This document shows, one piece after another, positions 1-9,380 of a stretch of DNA of 64,000 nt. The position numbers were made by a program, and so were the translations under genes. The notes under the pieces are model-generated. The model saw nothing but the letters and a program-made list of their open reading frames with translations, ran no database searches and was not told the origin of the DNA. How positions within the stretch are numbered: position 1 is the first letter of the stretch; each line of letters starts with the position of its first letter. The stretch is from a virus (taxonomy: Duplodnaviria; Caudoviricetes). Location: IMG/VR virus record IMGVR_UViG_3300032303_002590. One strand, written 5' to 3'.

Positions 1-291
1 TCAATGAAGGGTATTGATCCCCAAACTGTAATAACTGTAACAGATTATGATGATTTAGTAAAACAAATATCAAATACTGCTAAACCGGATGTTATTGGAG
101 ATGAAATAGGGCCGGCATTAAATCAAATGAGGAAAATGATTCAGAAAGGGCAAAAACAATTTGTTATATATACTAATGGAGCCTCTCCATCAAAATTAAA
201 ATTTGATCAAAATAAAGGAGAAGTTCAAGCTAAAGTTTATTCACCTGTAGGTAAAACAGGATATAAGATAACAGGTAGTTGTAAAAGATAA
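1..291 (+). CDS. hypothetical protein, probably 5'-truncated by the window edge
   Basis: Frame is open from base 1; no recognisable motif. Confidence 0.6.
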   Translation, partial: SMKGIDPQTVITVTDYDDLVKQISNTAKPDVIGDEIGPALNQMRKMIQKGQKQFVIYTNGASPSKLKFDQNKGEVQAKVYSPVGKTGYKITGSCKR

Positions 292-312
292 TCTTAATAA
301 AATATTTTTGTT

Positions 313-352
313 AGAAGGTTTGCTTATGCAAACCTTTTTTCGTATATTAAAG
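313..352 (+). promoter_or_regulatory. hairpin fused to early promoter
   Basis: AAGGTTTGC-ttat-GCAAACCTT stem runs into TTTTCGTATATTAA. Confidence 0.75.
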
Positions 353-370
353 TATAAAAATGAAGAAGTT

Positions 371-802
371 ATGAAAAAGTTATTAGTAATGCTGTTATTT
401 AGTACAGCAATGTTTTCCCAAACAATTAAAGTAAGAGGTGTTACTTTATCTTATGATAAAGTTCATAAAACAATGATCTTAACCATTCCAGAAAAACTAA
501 TGAGAGTTTATGATATAGGTAATGAGGTAAAAGTTATGATAAACAAACAATATAGTTTACGTATGATTATAAATGGAATGGATGTAGCAACATATTCAGA
601 ATACTTTTTACATCAAGGGCATTCTTATGAAAATATGTGGATGTTTTCTACAATTCAACCTGATAATTGTATAGAGGTGAAAAAAAATTATGTGTATAAA
701 TTTACTAATGTGCAACCCAATGAATATATTTTACAGGTAAGTAATATTTGTGATAATAAATGGGAAAGTAATCAACAGAATTATTCAATTATAATAAATT
801 AA
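371..802 (+). CDS. secreted protein with signal peptide (start revised from 308)
   Basis: GTTATG start downstream of the promoter; MKKLLVMLLFSTAMFS/Q fits the Bacteroidota Q-rule. Confidence 0.8.
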   Translation: MKKLLVMLLFSTAMFSQTIKVRGVTLSYDKVHKTMILTIPEKLMRVYDIGNEVKVMINKQYSLRMIINGMDVATYSEYFLHQGHSYENMWMFSTIQPDNCIEVKKNYVYKFTNVQPNEYILQVSNICDNKWESNQQNYSIIIN

Positions 803-803
803 T

Positions 804-926
804 ATGGTACATGTAATAGTAGGATCAATAGCATTAGGGTGTGTTTTAGGAGGATTCATAATAGGTTTTGGATTAATATTTGAAAATTTAATAAAAAAAA
901 TTAAAAATGACCGAAAAAACAGGTAA
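804..926 (+). CDS. small membrane peptide (40 aa, not in ORF track)
   Basis: MVHVIVGSIALGCVLGGFIIGFGLIF hydrophobic helix plus basic tail; fills the gap. Confidence 0.6.
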   Translation: MVHVIVGSIALGCVLGGFIIGFGLIFENLIKKIKNDRKNR

Positions 927-1176
927 TACTGAAAAACTAAATTATGATTTTAATACCGCTTCTAATTTGGAAGTGTTTATGATCAATTTAGATGATTGGT
1001 ATCGAGTTACTTCAAGAGAATTTCGTTCATTCAACGGAAAACGACGTATAAACAACGTTGATTATAACGGACCAATATACCATTATGCTACAAATAGACG
1101 TGCTAATAAATCGCTGTTTCCTAAAGGAAAAATAGTAGAGCATAACTGGGTAAGTAAAAGAAGACCTAACGATTAG
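907..1176 (+). CDS. hypothetical phage protein
   Basis: ORF with typical codon usage. Confidence 0.75.
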   Translation: MTEKTGNTEKLNYDFNTASNLEVFMINLDDWYRVTSREFRSFNGKRRINNVDYNGPIYHYATNRRANKSLFPKGKIVEHNWVSKRRPND

Positions 1177-1230
1177 TTTGGATTTTGGAGAAAATTTTCG
1201 TATATTTAAGTATAAAAAGAAATTAAGGTT

Positions 1231-1467
1231 ATGGAAGAACAAGGGATTATTTTAGAACGAGCAACATTTGAATTCTCACAAGATGGGAATTGTATATCAA
1301 GCTCAGATCAATACGAATCTTTAACAATTGAATGTGAATCATCTTTAGGAATTGATAGAGATGAAGGATGTTTTTATGTTTTGAAAACAGAAAAGTGGTC
1401 AATTGAAGACGAACAAGATTTAAAAAAATTATTTGATAGAATAAGAAAAGTAATAACAAATAAATAA
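1231..1467 (+). CDS. hypothetical early protein
   Basis: Follows a promoter copy; GGTTATG start. Confidence 0.85.
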   Translation: MEEQGIILERATFEFSQDGNCISSSDQYESLTIECESSLGIDRDEGCFYVLKTEKWSIEDEQDLKKLFDRIRKVITNK

Positions 1468-1471
1468 AAAA

Positions 1472-1669
1472 ATGAATAAATTAACAATTCTAGGATCAGC
1501 TATTGGGGTGTTATTAGTAACAGCAGTTATTTTAGCTTGGCCTACACAATTATTATGGAATTATTGTTTAGTAGGAGCAGTAAATGGAATTAATCCAATA
1601 GGATTTTGGCAAGCATTAGGAATTACGTTTTTATTTAACATATTATTTAAACCAACAAGTAATAAATAA
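1472..1669 (+). CDS. small membrane protein
   Basis: Two hydrophobic segments; PIGFWQALG motif. Confidence 0.8.
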   Translation: MNKLTILGSAIGVLLVTAVILAWPTQLLWNYCLVGAVNGINPIGFWQALGITFLFNILFKPTSNK

Positions 1670-1851
1670 TGGCTGAAAAATATTATCAAGTTGTGTTAAC
1701 CAATGGTAAAACACATACATCAATATATAGAACTATACCTAATGCTATTAAAAATGTAGGTGTAAGTAATATAAAAAAGATTGTTGAGTTAAGAAAAGAA
1801 TTAGTTGAAACTAAGTATTTAGAACAAGTAGGAACACAAAACATAGAATAA
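1669..1851 (+). CDS. hypothetical protein
   Basis: TAATG coupling at both ends. Confidence 0.75.
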   Translation: MAEKYYQVVLTNGKTHTSIYRTIPNAIKNVGVSNIKKIVELRKELVETKYLEQVGTQNIE

Positions 1852-2060
1852 TGCAATTTAGTTTTAAAGGTAAAACATATAGAATGGATGAATCGTATTG
1901 GAAAGGAGATATGCTCAACACATCACCTGAATTTCAGTATGAGCAATTAATTTATTGTATTCAAATAGGTGATTTTAAAACCTTAGAAAATAGAATTACA
2001 AATATGTTAAAATGGGGTGGATTATTAGAAGTAACAAATAAAAATAAAGAAAATGAGTAA
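1851..2060 (+). CDS. hypothetical protein
   Basis: TAATG-coupled. Confidence 0.75.
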   Translation: MQFSFKGKTYRMDESYWKGDMLNTSPEFQYEQLIYCIQIGDFKTLENRITNMLKWGGLLEVTNKNKENE

Positions 2061-2193
2061 GAATTCAGCAAAAAGCAACTACGAACAATTAATGGCTTGG
2101 TTACCAACATTAAATCAACCTAAAGCTAAGGTGGAACAATCAACTACTAAGTTTTCAAAGGCAGACCATTATAAGAAAAGTGGTGTAAAATAA
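2053..2193 (+). CDS. small hypothetical protein (46 aa, not in track)
   Basis: MSKNSAKSNYEQLMAWL...; overlaps the upstream stop and fills the gap. Confidence 0.65.
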   Translation: MSKNSAKSNYEQLMAWLPTLNQPKAKVEQSTTKFSKADHYKKSGVK

Positions 2194-2253
2194 TTTGGAG
2201 ATTTAAGATTTTTTTCGTATATTTAAGTATAGAAATTTAAAAACATAAAGGTT

Positions 2254-3048
2254 ATGAAAAGTTTAAAAGCATTATCAAGAGAGGAATTAAAATCATTAGC
2301 TCCTTCAATTTTCAATCACACAGTTGGTACAAAATTAACTGAAAAATATGTGCATATTCCAACAGATACAATTGTTGATGATATGGAAGCATTAGGATGG
2401 GTTCCTTATTCAGTAAAAACAGTTCGTTCTAGAGCTAAAAATGCTGCTACTAAGAAACATTTAGTACAGTTTTTTAATCCTGATATCGTTATTAATGACG
2501 AAAAGGGTGAAGCTGACATGTATCCGCAATTATTATTGATCAATTCACATGATGGTTCAACAGCTGTTAAATTTGAAATGGGTGTATTTCGTTTAGTATG
2601 TGAAAATGGTTTAGTTATTAAATCACAGGATTTTGGTGGTTTCAAAATGAGACATATGGGATATTCATTTGAGGATTTACGAGTGTATATTAATCAGTTA
2701 GTTGAAACATTACCAACTGTAGTTGCTAACTTAAACAAGTTTTCACAAGTTGAAATGACACCTGAACAACAATATGAGTTTGCTACTAAAGCAGTTGAAG
2801 CTCGTTTTGGTGAAGAAAAACAATTATCTTCAGATGAAATTGATAACTTACTTTCAGCTGAACGTAAAGAGGATCAAGGTAATTCAGTTTGGGTTGTTAT
2901 GAATCGTGTTCAAGAAAAGTTAACAAATGGTGGATTTAGTTACTTAAATGCTAAAGGTAAACCAAGAAAAGCGAGAGCTATTAAGAACTTTACTCAAGAC
3001 ATTGATTTTAATCAAAAGATTTGGTCATTGATTGAAGAATATGTTTAA
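2254..3048 (+). CDS. DUF932/DUF945-family protein
   Basis: PQLLLINSHDGS...GVFRLVCENGLV signature. Confidence 0.85.
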   Translation: MKSLKALSREELKSLAPSIFNHTVGTKLTEKYVHIPTDTIVDDMEALGWVPYSVKTVRSRAKNAATKKHLVQFFNPDIVINDEKGEADMYPQLLLINSHDGSTAVKFEMGVFRLVCENGLVIKSQDFGGFKMRHMGYSFEDLRVYINQLVETLPTVVANLNKFSQVEMTPEQQYEFATKAVEARFGEEKQLSSDEIDNLLSAERKEDQGNSVWVVMNRVQEKLTNGGFSYLNAKGKPRKARAIKNFTQDIDFNQKIWSLIEEYV

Positions 3049-3057
3049 AAGTACTAA

Positions 3058-3095
3058 GGAAGGGGATTTTATAATCCCCTTTCGTATATTTATCC
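3058..3095 (+). promoter_or_regulatory. hairpin/terminator fused to promoter
   Basis: AAGGGGATT-ttat-AATCCCCTT then TCGTATATTTAT, which matches both early and late motifs. Confidence 0.75.
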
Positions 3096-3119
3096 ATAAT
3101 TAAAAAATGATATTTAAAA

Positions 3120-3269
3120 ATGGAACAAAATAAAGGAAATAATCGTAAGTTAGAAAAGGTTCAATTTTCAATGCAGGAAATTTGGGCTGCAAGTAAAACA
3201 AAAGTATTTAAGAATAAAAAGAAATATAACAGAAAGGACTCTAATAAGGGTCCTTTTTATATTTGTTAG
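3120..3269 (+). CDS. small basic protein, ArfA-like candidate (49 aa, not in track)
   Basis: MEQNKGNNRKLEKVQFSMQEIWAASKTKVFKNKKKYNRKDSNKGPFYIC; has its own promoter. Confidence 0.65.
   Translation: MEQNKGNNRKLEKVQFSMQEIWAASKTKVFKNKKKYNRKDSNKGPFYIC
3233..3260 (+). terminator. intrinsic terminator inside the 3120-3269 ORF
   Basis: AAAGGACTCT-aata-AGGGTCCTTT plus T-tract, upstream of the TAG at 3267. Confidence 0.7.
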
Positions 3270-3319
3270 GAGATTTAAAAAATCTTTCGTATATTTAAGT
3301 ATAATAAGAAATTAAGGTT

Positions 3320-3517
3320 ATGGAAAATAAAGAAGATAATTTTTACAAAGACGTAAAAGAAACAGGTAAAGTATTAATAATTTCAGCAATTATATACTTT
3401 TTTATTAAGTGGTTAAATGCAAGACCTATTAGATGGGTTTGGTTTATAGCAATATGTACAGTATTGTATTTTATTTCAAAAAATACAGGTTATCAATATC
3501 AAATTTTAGAACCATAA
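3320..3517 (+). CDS. small membrane protein
   Basis: Two hydrophobic helices; own promoter. Confidence 0.8.
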   Translation: MENKEDNFYKDVKETGKVLIISAIIYFFIKWLNARPIRWVWFIAICTVLYFISKNTGYQYQILEP

Positions 3518-3528
3518 AAAATTAAATT

Positions 3529-3648
3529 ATGTCACATCCAACAACACAGGAATTTTTAGAGTATTGGACAGAGTTTTATATGAATCAAGGAATTGATTTA
3601 GAGAGAGCAATTGAGTTAGCAGAGAAGGAATTAGATAAGTGGGATTAA
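3529..3648 (+). CDS. small acidic peptide (39 aa, not in track)
   Basis: A-rich leader plus TTATG; MSHPTTQEFLEYW... Confidence 0.65.
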   Translation: MSHPTTQEFLEYWTEFYMNQGIDLERAIELAEKELDKWD

Positions 3649-3687
3649 TTTCGTATATTTAAGTATAAATTTAAAAAATAAAAGGTT

Positions 3688-4428
3688 ATGACAAATCAAT
3701 TAGAATTAGAATTAGGGGTATTAACAGATGTTCAACAAGAACGTGTTAACAGTTTTGTAAAATCTCAAAAATCAGAGGTTGAAAAATTAATTAGTCTTCA
3801 AACTAAAATTGAAGGATTATTAATTAGTGGGGGTTTTAAAGCAGGTATTGACTATATTAATGATTTAGAATATAGTATGGTTAATGAATATAGAAATTTT
3901 GGTTATAGAGAAGATGCATTTACTTCTAATGTAACTTATATGAAATCTTCAGGTGGTTGTAAAATTATATTTAAAAGATATAATAAAAGTTCAAATAAAA
4001 TTGAAGTTAATAAATCAATGGTATATAATGAACATAATAAATTAGAATGTTCAGCTATTACTCCACAGTATAGAGCTTACTTACCATCTTCATTATTTGA
4101 TAAATTATTAGAGAATAATAATAAAGCACAACTTGATTATAATAGTGCTAATCGTGAAAAAACAGTTATTAACTATACTATTGACAAATATAAAATATTA
4201 TTTCCTAATGCTACTGTTAATGTAAGTAATGATTATAGTAAAAATTATAAAGGTAATTATACTGAATTTCCAATTATAACTGTAACATTTGAAAATGGTT
4301 CATATGTTAGTTTTAGATTAGGTTATGAAAATGATAAAGAATTTGTTCATAAGAAATTTGATGCAATTGCTTCAAAATTAACAGCAATTGAATTGTTAAA
4401 TGTATTTAATGATCAAAATATTAAGTAA
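3688..4428 (+). CDS. hypothetical early protein
   Basis: Own promoter; GGTTATG start. Confidence 0.85.
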   Translation: MTNQLELELGVLTDVQQERVNSFVKSQKSEVEKLISLQTKIEGLLISGGFKAGIDYINDLEYSMVNEYRNFGYREDAFTSNVTYMKSSGGCKIIFKRYNKSSNKIEVNKSMVYNEHNKLECSAITPQYRAYLPSSLFDKLLENNNKAQLDYNSANREKTVINYTIDKYKILFPNATVNVSNDYSKNYKGNYTEFPIITVTFENGSYVSFRLGYENDKEFVHKKFDAIASKLTAIELLNVFNDQNIK

Positions 4429-4431
4429 TTA

Positions 4432-4470
4432 AGGAAGGGGTTTTTAAAACCCCTTTTCGTATATTTAAGT
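4432..4470 (+). promoter_or_regulatory. hairpin/terminator fused to early promoter
   Basis: AAGGGGTTTT-t-AAAACCCCTT inverted repeat then TTCGTATATTTAAG. Confidence 0.75.
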
Positions 4471-4490
4471 ATAATTAAAAAATTAAAATT

Positions 4491-4940
4491 ATGACAAGAT
4501 TATTTAGAGATGTAGATTATTACATCGTACAAGCTTCTAATAGCACACAAAGAGAATTTGAATTAGACTTTGCAGACATCATAGAAGTATATGATGAACA
4601 TGAAACAGAGCTTACTACTGAGTGTGGGAGAACGTTAATCATTCATTGGTATTCAAACGGCTATTATCAAAGTTATCAAGTAATCTATGAGACTGAACAA
4701 ATGTCTAATAGAGTTGACAGAGAGATGATATTAAAGGTTATTGATTTACTTCGGACAATAGAGGTAGATGGAGAAACAATGCAATACATTCTAAACAAGG
4801 TAGGAATGGAAGATCAAATGTTAAGACAATTAATAATGTCTCAACCAATTGAAGAGGTAAGATATTTGATTGAAGAAAGAGAAGAATTAGAAGAGGAATT
4901 TGAATATGAAGGTGATATAGAAGATTTACAAGGGAATTAA
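4491..4940 (+). CDS. acidic hypothetical protein
   Basis: Own promoter; E-rich C-terminus. Confidence 0.8.
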   Translation: MTRLFRDVDYYIVQASNSTQREFELDFADIIEVYDEHETELTTECGRTLIIHWYSNGYYQSYQVIYETEQMSNRVDREMILKVIDLLRTIEVDGETMQYILNKVGMEDQMLRQLIMSQPIEEVRYLIEEREELEEEFEYEGDIEDLQGN

Positions 4941-5004
4941 ATAATCAAATTTAATTTCGTATATTTAAGTATAAGAAAAATTAATAATTTAAAAAATAAA
5001 GGTT

Positions 5005-5316
5005 ATGTGTAAAAAAACAACTCAAAGTGCAAACGGAACATCATTCCACAGTACAACAATTAATGCAAGTGTTAATCAATTAATCAATACTTTTGGTGAA
5101 CCTACCAATCAATATAATACAGGTGAAGATAAAGTAAATTTTGAATGGGTATTAGAAACTGATGAAGGTGATGTATTTACCTTATATGATTGGAAAGAAG
5201 GTCGTCCATTAAGTTCAGATGAAACTATTGAATGGCATATTGGTTCACATTCAAGAGATATTTCAGGTGAAGCTCAATATGAAGTGATGAGAGAATTAGG
5301 TAATTATGTTGAGTAA
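5005..5316 (+). CDS. conserved phage hypothetical protein
   Basis: FGEP...DKVxxEW...TLYDWK...WHIG pattern recalled from many phages; function unknown. Confidence 0.8.
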   Translation: MCKKTTQSANGTSFHSTTINASVNQLINTFGEPTNQYNTGEDKVNFEWVLETDEGDVFTLYDWKEGRPLSSDETIEWHIGSHSRDISGEAQYEVMRELGNYVE

Positions 5317-5377
5317 GGAATAAGATTTTTAAAATATCTTTCGTATATTTAGGTATCAATAATTAAAAAAGAAAATT

Positions 5378-5653
5378 ATGTCATATAATGAAGTTTTTAG
5401 AAAGAATGCACGTGATTTAGAGGAAGAAAAACAAAACACCTTCCCTTCATGTATCAGTATTATAGAAAAGTTTATTCAAAGTGAAATTGATAAAAACACA
5501 GCATCTAATGAATATATTCTAGCATTAAATGAATGTACAACATTAGAGGACTTGGTTTATGAAGTTGATATGTGGAAAGTTCCTAATGTAATAAAAAATT
5601 ATGGTAGTGTTGCTAATTATATTTTAATGAGTTTAGATAAGGAATATGATTAA
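5378..5653 (+). CDS. hypothetical early protein
   Basis: Own promoter. Confidence 0.8.
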   Translation: MSYNEVFRKNARDLEEEKQNTFPSCISIIEKFIQSEIDKNTASNEYILALNECTTLEDLVYEVDMWKVPNVIKNYGSVANYILMSLDKEYD

Positions 5654-5714
5654 TAAATAAAAGTTCGTATATTTAATTATAAGAAAAATTAATAATTTAA
5701 AACAAAAAAAGGTT

Positions 5715-6092
5715 ATGAAAGTTACAAAAGAAAATGCAATCGCTTCAGTTCAAAATTCAGTTAGTTCTATCTTTTCAAAAGATGATGTGTTATTCCTTCT
5801 TAATTCAGTAGAAGTAGGTTCTAGTAGAAAAATTACTACTGAGGATATTGAAAGAGCGATTGATAAAACTATTAATTGGATTGATAATAATGAAAGAGAG
5901 ATAGTTGATTTAGATTCAGCTGAGTTTGAATTAACTTACAATAATCAAATTGAATGTGTTGGTGTTCCAATTAGTTCTGAAAGTATTAGAGAAGTATTAG
6001 AAAATAACTTCATGGATTTTGGTGAAACAGAAGATGAGGAGGAAGAAGAGTTTATTAGAATAACAGATGTAGTTGTTAATAACGAATTGTAG
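5715..6092 (+). CDS. acidic hypothetical protein
   Basis: Own promoter; D/E-rich. Confidence 0.85.
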   Translation: MKVTKENAIASVQNSVSSIFSKDDVLFLLNSVEVGSSRKITTEDIERAIDKTINWIDNNEREIVDLDSAEFELTYNNQIECVGVPISSESIREVLENNFMDFGETEDEEEEEFIRITDVVVNNEL

Positions 6093-6101
6093 TAAATGAA
6101 T

Positions 6102-6134
6102 AGAGAGCGATTTTAATTAATCGCTCTTTTTTTT
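6102..6134 (+). terminator. intrinsic terminator
   Basis: AGAGCGATT...AATCGCTCT plus long T run. Confidence 0.85.
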
Positions 6135-6209
6135 ATTAAGGAATAAGTTTTTTAAATTTAATTTCGTATATTTAAACGTTCAAGAGATATAAATTAAAAA
6201 AGAAAAGTT

Positions 6210-6410
6210 ATGGAATCAAATAAAAGAATTAGTGATGTAAGGGAATATTTTGATGTAAATTATTCTTATGTAGACATTGGAAGCATTTCAGATGAAGTTA
6301 TTTTAGATTACTTAAGTAATGGTTGGGTGTTAAATGTACCATTTGAAAGAAAAATGGACTTGTTATATGATTATATTTTAGCAAATGATTTAACTTATAT
6401 TAGTAGATAA
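6210..6410 (+). CDS. hypothetical early protein
   Basis: Own promoter. Confidence 0.8.
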   Translation: MESNKRISDVREYFDVNYSYVDIGSISDEVILDYLSNGWVLNVPFERKMDLLYDYILANDLTYISR

Positions 6411-6469
6411 GGAATAAATTTTTTAATATAAATTTCGTATATTTAAGTATAATAATTAAAACAAATGTT

Positions 6470-6766
6470 ATGACTAAGAAAGAACAAAAAAACATTATTA
6501 CAAAACATGTAATTGAAGCAGTACAAAAGAATTTTAATGTAGTTGCAGATTTTAATGATGATGAAGGTCATGGTTATTTTACTTTTTCTATTGAAAGTGA
6601 AGGTAATGAATTTTTCTTTGATATGAGTAGAAATGATTTTTCTATTATATCTTATAAAGTTAGAGGTGAAAAATTATACAATGAAGCTCAACAATTAGAA
6701 CAGGAATTGGATGAGTTTATTGCAAATGAAATAGCAATTGTTGTTATAAATGAATTTTTTATTTAA
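6470..6766 (+). CDS. hypothetical early protein
   Basis: Own promoter. Confidence 0.8.
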   Translation: MTKKEQKNIITKHVIEAVQKNFNVVADFNDDEGHGYFTFSIESEGNEFFFDMSRNDFSIISYKVRGEKLYNEAQQLEQELDEFIANEIAIVVINEFFI

Positions 6767-6823
6767 AATAAATTTCGTATATTTAATCTGTAAGAAAGTT
6801 AAATAATTAAAAAAGAAAATGTT

Positions 6824-7120
6824 ATGAGTAAATTTAGAGAATTAAGAATGAATCCACCTAAATTAACAATTAAAGAAGGTGCGAGAGAAGTAATATTTAA
6901 AACTATTGATGCAATGTGTGATAATGTTCACTACATTACATTTAAGAAAAATGAAGAAGGTGACTTTAAAATGAATGGGAATGGTTTCTCACTTTCTAAT
7001 TGGCAAATGAAACATGAAAAACATGAAGTTGAATGGGAAGCAGATGAAAATATGTGGGGAGGAGTTATTGCAATGATTAATTCAGGAGTATCGGTAGTTG
7101 AATCAGTAATAAGTAGATAA
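6824..7120 (+). CDS. hypothetical early protein
   Basis: Own promoter. Confidence 0.8.
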   Translation: MSKFRELRMNPPKLTIKEGAREVIFKTIDAMCDNVHYITFKKNEEGDFKMNGNGFSLSNWQMKHEKHEVEWEADENMWGGVIAMINSGVSVVESVISR

Positions 7121-7130
7121 ATTAAATAAA

Positions 7131-7192
7131 GGAAGGGAGTTTTTAACTCCCTTTTCGTATATTTAAGTATAATTAAAAAGATAAAAATTATG
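7131..7192 (+). promoter_or_regulatory. hairpin-promoter-leader cassette, near-duplicate of 7591-7652
   Basis: GGAAGGGAGTT..AACTCCCTTTTCGTATATTTAAGTATAATTAAAAAGATAAAAATTATG. Confidence 0.8.
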
Positions 7193-7333
7193 GAAAATTT
7201 AGACAGATTTTACGATTGGATGTTAAGAATGGGAAATGTACATTTAGCTGATAATGAGCAAATGTCAAAAGCATATGAAGCTATAGTGGAAAGTGATAAA
7301 CAAGTGAAAAATGTAATTTTAATAACTAAATAA
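7190..7333 (+). CDS. small hypothetical protein (47 aa, not in track)
   Basis: Starts at the cassette ATG; MENLDRFYDWMLRMG... Confidence 0.75.
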   Translation: MENLDRFYDWMLRMGNVHLADNEQMSKAYEAIVESDKQVKNVILITK

Positions 7334-7335
7334 TT

Positions 7336-7581
7336 ATGATAAACTTAACTATTCAAGATCAAATAAATGGTTCAAACAAAACACAAATGTTAAGAGAAGC
7401 AATTGGTAAGGAATTCAGTGATAATTATAGTTCAACTAATCGAAGTATGTTAATTGATGTAAGCGAATGTGGTAATGTTTGTTATACTATGGAAATTATG
7501 AGTGAATATTCAAAAAATGAACCTAAATTAGGTATTTTTAAACAACCAAGTTGGTTGACTTGGAACGGAATGTTTTATTAA
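7336..7581 (+). CDS. hypothetical protein
   Basis: ORF coupled to the upstream gene. Confidence 0.75.
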   Translation: MINLTIQDQINGSNKTQMLREAIGKEFSDNYSSTNRSMLIDVSECGNVCYTMEIMSEYSKNEPKLGIFKQPSWLTWNGMFY

Positions 7582-7649
7582 AGTAAAGATGGAAGGTGAT
7601 TTTAAATCACCTTTTCGTATATTTAAGTATAATTAAAAAAATAAAAATT

Positions 7650-7862
7650 ATGAAATTTATAAAATTAACATCAGTGGACCAATCCTCAATTTTAATTAAT
7701 GTAAACCAAATAGGACATTTTTATCAAGTTGATGATAAAATGGAATATGGAAGAGTTACAGAAAAAAAACATACCAGAATAGGTGTAACAACACATAATA
7801 ATGGTGGTTTTAAAGTAATTGAAAGTGTAGAAAAAATACTTAAATTAATTAGTGAGAACTAA
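7650..7862 (+). CDS. FlbD/SwrD-like small protein (start revised from 7596)
   Basis: MKFIKLT...ILINVNQI...T.I......F.VIESVEKI pattern resembles the FlbD family. Confidence 0.6.
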   Translation: MKFIKLTSVDQSSILINVNQIGHFYQVDDKMEYGRVTEKKHTRIGVTTHNNGGFKVIESVEKILKLISEN

Positions 7863-7931
7863 GGTATTTGAGAATTAAATAAAATTTCGTATATTTAATC
7901 TGTAATAAGTTAATAATTAAAAAAGAAAATT

Positions 7932-8198
7932 ATGAAAATCGAATTAAACACAGAAGCAAGAGACAAAAGAATTAACCAAAACTATCATGATGCCTTAAAT
8001 AAGATATCTTCTTATGCTGAACAAGGTTTTGATTTAACAGAACATATCTTTCCAAAAGATATATATGAACAAGTAAGGACTAAAATTAGTGATCACATGT
8101 ATGCGTTTGATATTAAATTTGTCTGGGCGAGTATAGGTAATATGAATAGTATTGCTGTTGGGGACGGTCGTTTAATGAGATTTAAACTGTTAAATTAA
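7932..8198 (+). CDS. hypothetical early protein
   Basis: Own promoter. Confidence 0.8.
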   Translation: MKIELNTEARDKRINQNYHDALNKISSYAEQGFDLTEHIFPKDIYEQVRTKISDHMYAFDIKFVWASIGNMNSIAVGDGRLMRFKLLN

Positions 8199-8270
8199 GG
8201 TATTTGAGAATTAAATTAAAGTTCGTATATTTCGAATGTTAAAAAGATAAATAATTAAAAAAGTAATGTT

Positions 8271-8438
8271 ATGAAAGAACAAATTTTAAATTTAGCAGAT
8301 GATTTATTTTTAGAAGATAATTCACCTAAAAGAGAGGCATTTATTAAAGAATTCGAAAGTGCAGTTGCATTAATGAGAGAAAATGATTTTGATCAATTTT
8401 ATGCTTTTGCAGATATTATAATGCAAAAATATAATTAA
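8271..8438 (+). CDS. small hypothetical protein (55 aa, not in track)
   Basis: Own promoter; GTTATG start; MKEQILNLADDLF... Confidence 0.75.
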   Translation: MKEQILNLADDLFLEDNSPKREAFIKEFESAVALMRENDFDQFYAFADIIMQKYN

Positions 8439-8450
8439 AAAATAAATGTT

Positions 8451-8648
8451 ATGAAAGTATTTAAAATTATAACTAAGGTAAAATCAGTTAAAACTATTCA
8501 ATATATTGTTGAAGCAAACTCAATAGAGGAAGCAGAAATGTTAATAATTGAAGGTAATGAAAGAGGTGAAGGTGAAGAAGTTAAAGATAAAATAAAATGG
8601 GGAAGTGAGATTTTAACTAAAATCGAATTTATAGAGGAATTAGATTAA
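8451..8648 (+). CDS. hypothetical protein
   Basis: Y.VEANSIEEA pattern common in small phage proteins. Confidence 0.8.
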   Translation: MKVFKIITKVKSVKTIQYIVEANSIEEAEMLIIEGNERGEGEEVKDKIKWGSEILTKIEFIEELD

Positions 8649-8707
8649 TTAAATTAATTTCGTATATTTAACATGTAAAAAAGATATAATAATTAAAAAA
8701 GAAAAAT

Positions 8708-8950
8708 ATGTTAGTATTTAAAGAAAATGTTTATGGTTTTGTTTATGATTCAGTTGATGGTACTGTTACAAAGGTATATAAGGAACCTTTAAAGGAAAAA
8801 GAAATATTTTTAATAAATAATGTATTAGATAAAGATGTTTATTTATTTACAGATATTGAAGATTGTAATGACTGTTTTAATATTATTACTAAGGAAGATC
8901 TTGATAATGATGAGGAAGGTTTAAATAAGGTATTTGATTTTATAAATTAA
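8708..8950 (+). CDS. acidic hypothetical protein
   Basis: Own promoter. Confidence 0.8.
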   Translation: MLVFKENVYGFVYDSVDGTVTKVYKEPLKEKEIFLINNVLDKDVYLFTDIEDCNDCFNIITKEDLDNDEEGLNKVFDFIN

Positions 8951-8996
8951 TTTCGTATATTTAATCTGTAATAAGATAATAATTAAAAAATAAGTT

Positions 8997-9323
8997 ATGA
9001 AAATACAATTTAAGGTTATCAATTTAGGTTTAAATGAATTTGGTGTTCAAGAATTAAATAATTATTATAAAGATAATATTAGTGAGAATTGGGTTCATAA
9101 ATTCAAATTAGGAGAAATTGTAGATAGTAACACAAAAATATTTAAACAAGAGAAATCATTTTTAAAATTGAAAGAAAATAACTATATTGGAAATTATAAT
9201 TGTACACAATATATTAAAGGTTCAGAATATGGTGGAGGTTATTTTTCAATTCAATTAAAACATATTAATTATAGAATAGTTAAATTAGAAATAATTGAGA
9301 AAGAGAATGAATTTGTTTTTTAA
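8997..9323 (+). CDS. hypothetical early protein
   Basis: Own promoter. Confidence 0.8.
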   Translation: MKIQFKVINLGLNEFGVQELNNYYKDNISENWVHKFKLGEIVDSNTKIFKQEKSFLKLKENNYIGNYNCTQYIKGSEYGGGYFSIQLKHINYRIVKLEIIEKENEFVF

Positions 9324-9380
9324 AATACTTTTCGTATATTTAATCTGTAATTGAGTTAAATAATTAAAAGAAAAAAAGTT

